Positions 21,686-26,970 of a DNA stretch of 26,970 bases are shown in pieces. The stretch lies in NCBI GenBank assembly GCA_017521465.1, contig JAFXCN010000016.1, positions 1 through 26,970 of the forward strand, in the 5' to 3' direction. The translations under genes and the position numbers were made by a program. The notes under the pieces are model-generated. The model searched no databases, was not told where the DNA came from, and saw nothing but the letters and a program-made list of their open reading frames with translations. Position 1 is the first letter of the stretch, and each line of letters starts with the position of its first letter. The DNA comes from Clostridia bacterium (GTDB lineage Bacteria > Bacillota > Clostridia > TANB77 > UBA1234).

Positions 21686-21865
21686 ATGGCTAAGAAGAAT
21701 CGGAAGAAAAGTCTCCCTACCGGCGCGAAGGAAAGCACTGAAGGACGCGTGAACCGCATCAACAATACCCGAAAGTGCTGTACGTTGGTGCACCAGCCCA
21801 AAAAGGGGTGCGGATACCGCCGGAGGGACAAGTACCCCCATCGCTCGTGGGAGGGAGCGTACTGA
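21686..21865 (+). CDS. Small (59 aa) highly basic Cys/His-containing protein, G+C-rich gene; not in the supplied ORF track
   Basis: ATG 21686 is preceded by TAAGGAGG 8 nt upstream. Hand translation: MAKKNRKKSLPTGAKESTEGRVNRINNTRKCCTLVHQPKKGCGYRRRDKYPHRSWEGAY, stop TGA 21863-21865. It has a promoter upstream and a GC-rich terminator 5 nt downstream. Of the 8 Arg codons, 7 are CGN and none is AGA. Confidence 0.7.
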   Translation: MAKKNRKKSLPTGAKESTEGRVNRINNTRKCCTLVHQPKKGCGYRRRDKYPHRSWEGAY

Positions 21866-21870
21866 TTCGG

Positions 21871-21899
21871 GCACCCCGGTGAGGGGTGCTTTTGTTTTA
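21871..21899 (+). terminator. Rho-independent terminator of the small ORF, overlapping the gyrA stop codon
   Basis: Stem gcacccc / ggggtgc with loop ggtga, followed by TTTTGTTTTAT. Confidence 0.85.
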
Positions 21900-24329
21900 T
21901 TCTTCTATTTCTTCTGGACTTATTTTAGCAACGCTTACTACTTTTCCGCCATCGTTTGATCTCATTAAAGTTACACCTTGTGTTGATCTTCCTAAGATGC
22001 TAACTTCTTTTACTTCTAAACGAATTACTATTCCTGTGTCTGTAATTAGCATTACATCATCATCGTCTGTTACTATCTTTATTCCAATTACTTTTCCTGT
22101 TTTTGGTGTCGTTTTGTATGTTATTACACCTTTTCCAGATCTATTTTGAACTCTATATTCTTCTAGTTCTGTTCTCTTACCAAATCCATTTTCTGTAATT
22201 GCAAGCAAGCATGCTTTTTCGTTATATATTGGTTCCATTCCAACAACATAATCGTCGTCATCTAATTTTATTCCAATTACACCTTGTGAAACTCTACCAA
22301 CCGAACGAACATCACTTTCAGCAAATGTTATTGACATTCCTTCATGAGTAACCATTACAATATTTCTTTCGCCGTCTGTTAATCTAACATCTATTAACTC
22401 ATCTTCATCTTTTAATGCGATGGCTTGTAATCCTGATTTTCTTACATTGTTGTATTCCATTAACTTAGTCTTCTTTATCATTCCACCACGAGTTGCCATT
22501 AATAAATATTGATCTTCTGTGAATGCTTCTATTGGAATAACAGCTGTTACTCTTTCATCTCCGCCCAATTGTAATAAATTTACTAATGCTGTTCCTTTAG
22601 CCGTTCTACCAGCCTCTGGTACTTCGTATCCTTTTAATCTATATGCTTTACCTTTGTTTGTGAAGAACATTATTGTGCTATGTGTTGATGATGTGAATAT
22701 TTGCTCCACAAAATCTTCTTCTCTTGTTTGGATACCTGTAATACCTCTTCCACCTCTTCTTTGAGATCTATATGTATCTATTGGCATTCTCTTAATATAT
22801 CCAAAGTGTGTTAAAGCAATTACTGTATTTTCTTCTTTTATTAAGTCTTCAGCTTCAAATTCACCTTCAGCAGCGATTATTTGTGTACGTCTGTCATCAC
22901 CATATTTGTCTTTCATTTCAATCAATTCTTCTTTTACTATTTGACACACAAGTCTTTCGCTAGCTAAGATTTCTCTAAATCTTTCGATTTGTTTCATTAA
23001 CTCAGCATATTCTTCTTCAATTTTTTCACGTTGTAATCCTGATAACGTTTTTAATCTCATTTCAAGAATAGCATTTGCTTGGATTTCGGAAAGATTAAAT
23101 CTCTTCATTAATCTTTCAGCAGCATCATCATAAGCAGCTCTAATAATTGCGATTACTTCATCAATATAATCTAATGCAATTTTTAATCCTTCTAAAATAT
23201 GTGCTCTTGCTAATGCTTTATCTAAATCGTACTTTGTTCTTCTAACTATAATATTCTTTCTATGATCAATGTAGTGCTCTAACATTTCACGAAGTGTTAA
23301 TATTTTTGGTTCGTTATTTACAAGTGCTAACATTATTGCACCAAACGTATCTTGCATTTGTGTATTTTTTAATAATTGGTTTAAAACTATTTTAGGATTT
23401 GCATCTCTCTTTAATTCAATAACAATTCTCATACCATCACGGTCTGATTCATCTCTTAAATCTGAGATTCCTTCTATTCTTTTATCTTTTACTAAATCAG
23501 CAATATTTTCTACAAGTCTTGCCTTGTTTACTTGGTATGGAAGTTCATTTACAATAATTCTATATCTTCCATTTCCATGTTCTTCTATCTCTGTTTTAGC
23601 TCTAACAATAATTTTTCCTCTACCTGTTAGATATGCATTTCTTATTCCTTCTCTTCCAACTATAATACCACCCGTTGGGAAGTCTGGTCCTTTTACTATT
23701 GATAATAGTTCGTCATCTGATACATTATCTTCATCTATTAAAGCAACAATCGCATTTACTATTTCTGTTAAATTGTGCGCTGGTATATTTGTTGCCATAC
23801 CAACAGCAATACCTGAAGAACCATTTATTAATAAGCTTGGAACTCTTGCTGGTAAAACAGTAGGCTCTTGCAATTTTTCATCATAGTTTGGCATGAAATC
23901 AACTGTGTTTTTATCGATATCAGACATCATTTCTGATGAAATTTTTGGCATTTTTGCTTCAGTGTATCTCATTGCGGCTGCGCTGTCGCCATCTACGCTA
24001 CCAAAGTTACCATGTCCATTTACTAAAGGATATCTCAAAGAAAAATCCTGTGCCATTCTTACAAGAGCATCATATACAGAAGCATCTCCATGTGGATGAT
24101 ATTTACCTAAAACGTCACCAACGATAAACGCTGATTTTCTGAATGGTTTATCAGGTGTTAATCCTAATTCATTCATAGAATATAAAATTCTTCTATGAAC
24201 CGGTTTTAAACCATCCCTTACATCTGGCAAAGCTCTTTGCACGATAACACTCATTGCATAGTCAATGTAAGATTTTTTCATCTCTTTTTCAATGTCAACA
24301 AGTATAACTTTTTTTGCATTTTCTCCCAT
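21897..24329 (-). CDS. gyrA: DNA gyrase subunit A
   Basis: Canonical N-terminus: [34 protein letters not shown], and the catalytic region AAMRYTE. The GyrA box [10 protein letters not shown] is at the start of the C-terminal beta-pinwheel, which argues for GyrA rather than ParC. Confidence 0.97.
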   Translation of the reverse strand: MGENAKKVILVDIEKEMKKSYIDYAMSVIVQRALPDVRDGLKPVHRRILYSMNELGLTPDKPFRKSAFIVGDVLGKYHPHGDASVYDALVRMAQDFSLRYPLVNGHGNFGSVDGDSAAAMRYTEAKMPKISSEMMSDIDKNTVDFMPNYDEKLQEPTVLPARVPSLLINGSSGIAVGMATNIPAHNLTEIVNAIVALIDEDNVSDDELLSIVKGPDFPTGGIIVGREGIRNAYLTGRGKIIVRAKTEIEEHGNGRYRIIVNELPYQVNKARLVENIADLVKDKRIEGISDLRDESDRDGMRIVIELKRDANPKIVLNQLLKNTQMQDTFGAIMLALVNNEPKILTLREMLEHYIDHRKNIIVRRTKYDLDKALARAHILEGLKIALDYIDEVIAIIRAAYDDAAERLMKRFNLSEIQANAILEMRLKTLSGLQREKIEEEYAELMKQIERFREILASERLVCQIVKEELIEMKDKYGDDRRTQIIAAEGEFEAEDLIKEENTVIALTHFGYIKRMPIDTYRSQRRGGRGITGIQTREEDFVEQIFTSSTHSTIMFFTNKGKAYRLKGYEVPEAGRTAKGTALVNLLQLGGDERVTAVIPIEAFTEDQYLLMATRGGMIKKTKLMEYNNVRKSGLQAIALKDEDELIDVRLTDGERNIVMVTHEGMSITFAESDVRSVGRVSQGVIGIKLDDDDYVVGMEPIYNEKACLLAITENGFGKRTELEEYRVQNRSGKGVITYKTTPKTGKVIGIKIVTDDDDVMLITDTGIVIRLEVKEVSILGRSTQGVTLMRSNDGGKVVSVAKISPEEIEE

Positions 24330-24401
24330 TTTATATTTCTCTCCAATCTTTCATTTGTTTCAGTATTCATGCCGTTTTCACGGCACATAGACTACATGTA
24401 A

Positions 24402-24430
24402 ATTATACTAAAACAGATGTTTAAATGCAA
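24402..24430 (-). promoter_or_regulatory. Candidate gyrA promoter
   Basis: Minus strand reads TTGCAT - 17 nt - TATAAT, about 70 nt upstream of the start. The leader contains the hairpin tgccg-tgaaaa-cggca. Confidence 0.6.
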
Positions 24431-24492
24431 GGAAAAATGGGAAAAATATAGGTATATTTTGGGTGAAAACATACCTTTTTCTCGCAAATTTG

Positions 24493-24521
24493 TTGACTTT
24501 TTATGTAAATTATGTTATAAT
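24493..24521 (+). promoter_or_regulatory. Near-consensus extended -10 promoter of the small membrane peptide gene
   Basis: TTGACT - 17 nt (ending TGt) - TATAAT. Confidence 0.7.
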
Positions 24522-24606
24522 TTAATCGTTGGTTATAAATAAAACAAGTGACTTTTAGAGCAAGAGCTAGAAACTTGCTCTATACTAATCTTAAGGAGTA
24601 ATAAAA

Positions 24607-24786
24607 ATGAATAAAATTGAAAAACAGCTAAATACACCTAACAGCGCAAGTGTGTCTCTAGCCGTTAGAAATGTCTCACTAGCAAAAAAGAGAAATGCAA
24701 GAATACTTTGGTCTTTTATTTGTATTTCTTGCTTTACAATATCAGTGTGTATCGGATACGTAGGCACATTCTTATTATTTAATTAG
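24607..24786 (+). CDS. Small (59 aa) membrane peptide with a hydrophilic N-terminus and a Cys-containing C-terminal TM helix; not in the supplied ORF track
   Basis: ATG 24607 with AAGGAG 8 nt upstream. Hand translation: MNKIEKQLNTPNSASVSLAVRNVSLAKKRNARILWSFICISCFTISVCIGYVGTFLLFN, stop TAG 24784-24786. It has a strong promoter, an 8-bp leader hairpin (agagcaag/cttgctct) and two terminators downstream. Confidence 0.65.
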   Translation: MNKIEKQLNTPNSASVSLAVRNVSLAKKRNARILWSFICISCFTISVCIGYVGTFLLFN

Positions 24787-24803
24787 CTATAATCCCCGCT
24801 TCC

Positions 24804-24859
24804 GCAACTATGAAAATAGTTGCTTTTGACCGCCAAGCAAGATGCTGGTGGTTTTTTTG
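24804..24859 (+). terminator. Two tandem rho-independent terminators
   Basis: The first is gcaacta-tgaaaa-tagttgc followed by TTTTG (24804-24828). The second is accgcca(a)gca-aga-tgctggtggt followed by TTTTTTT (24829-24859); its G:U pair is on the plus strand. Confidence 0.8.
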
Positions 24860-24866
24860 TGTCCTT

Positions 24867-25562
24867 TTATGCTAATTTTTGGCACAATTCTATTTCAAAC
24901 TGCGATAATTGTTTATTGTTTTTGTTTTTATAAAGCTCACATTCATTTAAAATTTGTTTTCCTCTCTGTATAACATCTTCTATCGGCATCACTTTATTTA
25001 AATCTGTTTTTAATGTTTTAGATACCCTATCGATTGTTTTTTCATCATTTTCAGAGAATGCTTTTTCTATTTGAATACATTTTTTATTTATTCTTGAAAT
25101 TGTATTTTTTTGCTTTTCCATCACAGTTTTTAATTCATCTTCAAATGCTCTATCCAAAATTAAATTTTTACCAGACTTTATTGTATTTTTTACTGACGTA
25201 GGAATTTTAAAAGCCGATACTGCAAGATCAATTCCTTCTGAAAGCCCTTTTTTTAGATCACCTTCTTTTATTGCCTCAAGTATACCTTTTATATCATTAA
25301 ATGTACTTACTTTCATCCCCATACTTTTCATTCCACTTTTAAGCGCTGTTTCTGTAACATCATTTGCAATTCCTTTAAAATCAAACTTCTTAATTCCATC
25401 TTTTACTACATCCTTATATTTATCAGGAATTTCTATTAATTCTCCAATTTTATTTACTGCATTAGAAAATGCATCTCCAATATTTTCAAATATATTTTTA
25501 GATTCTTCCGTTAAAATAATTTCATTATTTTTTTCTAAATTTAATTCTAATACTTTCTCCAT
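24867..25562 (-). CDS. Hypothetical soluble, Lys/Glu-rich helical protein (231 aa), last gene of the Tad-like operon
   Basis: Long ORF that starts 11 nt after the T2SSF gene stop. It has no TM segment and no motif I recognise. Confidence 0.75.
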   Translation of the reverse strand: MEKVLELNLEKNNEIILTEESKNIFENIGDAFSNAVNKIGELIEIPDKYKDVVKDGIKKFDFKGIANDVTETALKSGMKSMGMKVSTFNDIKGILEAIKEGDLKKGLSEGIDLAVSAFKIPTSVKNTIKSGKNLILDRAFEDELKTVMEKQKNTISRINKKCIQIEKAFSENDEKTIDRVSKTLKTDLNKVMPIEDVIQRGKQILNECELYKNKNNKQLSQFEIELCQKLA

Positions 25563-25573
25563 AATTATCCTTT

Positions 25574-26509
25574 CTACTCGTCTACTTCTTTAACTTTTTG
25601 TGATAAAAATACTAATAACCACATACTAATAAAATTCCAATATAATATTAATTTTCCGACAATACTTTTTTGCATAATCATATAATTTTCTTTATTGTTA
25701 CCAATAAAAGAAAAATAGACTATTAAATCTAGTAGCACCAAAATCATTAATACTATTCTTGCTCCTTTTGTTTCCTCTTTTCTAGCTAGCTTTTCTTTTT
25801 GAATTATAGAAATCATATAGTAGCTTTTATTTATTAATTCGGCAAAAGAGCCTCCGCTTATGTAGCAGTTTTTTATATTACTAAAAAGTTTTTCCAATTC
25901 TTTTATCTTTATTTTTTCATTTAAATTATCTATTGCATTTTCAAATTTTATTCCACTATTTATTTCTATTAGAAATTTATTAATGTATGATTGCAACGGC
26001 TCTATTGTTTTTGATTCTTTAATAGCATATATAATGTCGTTATTTATTTGTGTATAATTTTTTAGTTGCAACAAAAAATTAGGTATTATTTTTTCAATTT
26101 TGTCATCATTATAATCTGCAATTAATTTTAATATCACAATAGGTGTAAACACTGTTGGCATCGCAATTATAAACGATAACACTCGTGCTTCAAATATTTT
26201 TAACGCAACTATATAACACAGTATTGAAAACATCAAACCTATAAAAATTAAACTCAATGGATTCATTAATATTCCTTGCTTTATTCCTGCCCTTTCAATT
26301 AAAATTCCTAATTTATGTATTGGATTAATTTTTGAATTAATTTTTATTTTTTTATTCTTTTTGTAATACTTCATTAATTCATCATGATATTTTTCATTTT
26401 TTAAAGCTAAATATTTTGATAGTTTTACAGTTAATTTTTCTTCTATAATTTTTATTGAGTATTGATAACAAACCGTAAATATTAAAACAAATAAAATAAT
26501 ATTTATCAT
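25574..26509 (-). CDS. Type II secretion system F (TadB/TadC-like) platform membrane protein
   Basis: The layout is an N-terminal TM, a helical cytoplasmic T2SSF-like domain (IPNFLLQLKNY......I..AI.......L..YIN.F..EINSG..FE.AI..L) and C-terminal TMs. Its start overlaps the ATPase stop (TAATG). Confidence 0.8.
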   Translation of the reverse strand: MINIILFVLIFTVCYQYSIKIIEEKLTVKLSKYLALKNEKYHDELMKYYKKNKKIKINSKINPIHKLGILIERAGIKQGILMNPLSLIFIGLMFSILCYIVALKIFEARVLSFIIAMPTVFTPIVILKLIADYNDDKIEKIIPNFLLQLKNYTQINNDIIYAIKESKTIEPLQSYINKFLIEINSGIKFENAIDNLNEKIKIKELEKLFSNIKNCYISGGSFAELINKSYYMISIIQKEKLARKEETKGARIVLMILVLLDLIVYFSFIGNNKENYMIMQKSIVGKLILYWNFISMWLLVFLSQKVKEVDE

Positions 26510-26970
26510 TATGCCATCGCCCTCTCTATTTCTTTTTTATATAAGTCTATTTTGGTTTTTACTCTTTCTAATGGTTTTCCAATTTTTTTAAATTTCCCAA
26601 TTGATTTTCCTTTTTCATATTTTTCAACCTTAAATTCAAATAATGGATTGTATGCGATATCGTCATTTTCATTATCATAATAAACTTCTGTAATTTCTTG
26701 AACCTTAAAATTACTCATATAAATAACAATATCGATTGACATTGATAGAAGTTTTCTTAAATATTTATCTGTATATGTTTGTGCCTTACTGTCTCTTTTC
26801 ATAAGCGTTACTAATCTATCAACTGTATTTTTACTGCTATCAGAGTGAACTGTTGCATATCCTCTATGTCCTGTTGAAATGGCATCTAAAAACACCATTG
26901 CTTCCTCGCCTTTTAATTCTCCTATTACAATAACATCATTAGACATTACTAGAGAATGTGCTGTAAGCAT
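26509..26970 (-). CDS. CpaF/TadA (VirB11/T2SSE superfamily) secretion ATPase, C-terminal part only (5' end beyond window)
   Basis: The frame is open to the window edge. The conserved block is DVIVIGELKGEEAMVFLDAISTGHRGYATVHSDS...VDRL (the GE.RG.EA ... TGH ... T.H motif). Confidence 0.85.
   Translation of the reverse strand: MLTAHSLVMSNDVIVIGELKGEEAMVFLDAISTGHRGYATVHSDSSKNTVDRLVTLMKRDSKAQTYTDKYLRKLLSMSIDIVIYMSNFKVQEITEVYYDNENDDIAYNPLFEFKVEKYEKGKSIGKFKKIGKPLERVKTKIDLYKKEIERAMA

Noticed and set aside
21260-21874. ORFs 21260..21448 (-), 21558..21752 (+) and 21662..21874 (-) in the GC-rich islet
   Set aside because: None has an RBS. The first overlaps the dnaI-like 3' end and terminator. The second starts at GTG inside the promoter and is out of frame with the SD-preceded ATG at 21686. 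The third is the antisense shadow of the 59-codon ORF; open antisense frames are expected in GC-rich sequence.
21886-24127. Six plus-strand ORFs inside gyrA (21886..22149, 22519..22764, 23524..23886, 23675..23863, 23893..24099, 23936..24127)
   Set aside because: They lie antisense to an unambiguous gyrA reading frame.

Overview
This is an AT-rich window, roughly 27-30% G+C by my hand counts of sample 60-mers. It looks like a low-GC Firmicute (Clostridia-type) chromosome. That is an inference from AGGAGG-type ribosome-binding sites (RBS), CCA-encoded tRNAs, DnaD/DnaI-type primosome genes, and VanW/G5 and Big_2 proteins.

Gene content from left to right:
- The 3' part of a Big_2 surface-protein gene.
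- A tRNA-Gln(CUG) gene followed by a structured ~130-bp repeat.
- A small minus-strand block with a processive family-2 glycosyltransferase.
- A second copy of the ~130-bp repeat, fused to a degenerate tRNA-Gln-derived hairpin.
- A tRNA-His / tRNA-Gln(UUG) operon.
- A pilin-like membrane protein and a VanW/G5 protein.
- A divergent Cro-like / CI-like (XRE-S24) regulator pair.
- A CBM-like protein and a FabG-like short-chain dehydrogenase/reductase (SDR).
- A ~2-kb segment of visibly higher G+C (about 40%) with two unknown proteins and a 2H phosphoesterase.
- An XRE regulator plus membrane-protein pair.
- A tRNA-Lys/Glu/Thr operon.
- A protein with a C-terminal minimal kinase-like domain, and a DUF1858-type CxxC protein.
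- A seven-gene plus-strand operon joining type IV secretion system (T4SS)-like parts to DnaD-like and DnaI-like primosome genes. The T4SS-like parts are a VirD4/TraG-type coupling ATPase, a VirB2-like protein, a VirB6-like protein and a PrgI/VirB3-like protein. No VirB4, relaxase or integrase is visible.
- A ~0.5-kb G+C-rich islet (55-65% in places). It carries its own promoter, strong RBS, a 59-codon very basic Cys-containing ORF missing from the ORF track, and a terminator.
- gyrA without an adjacent gyrB.
- A strongly signalled 59-codon membrane peptide.
- The distal end of a Tad/CpaF-type ATPase plus T2SSF operon.

I saw no rRNA, CRISPR array, transposase or integrase.

The most unusual items are the VirB4-less T4SS-like/primosome operon, the G+C-rich micro-islet, the tRNA-Gln-associated structured repeats, the kinase-like orphan and the 2H-phosphoesterase islet. 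All functional calls rest on motif recognition by eye, with no database search.
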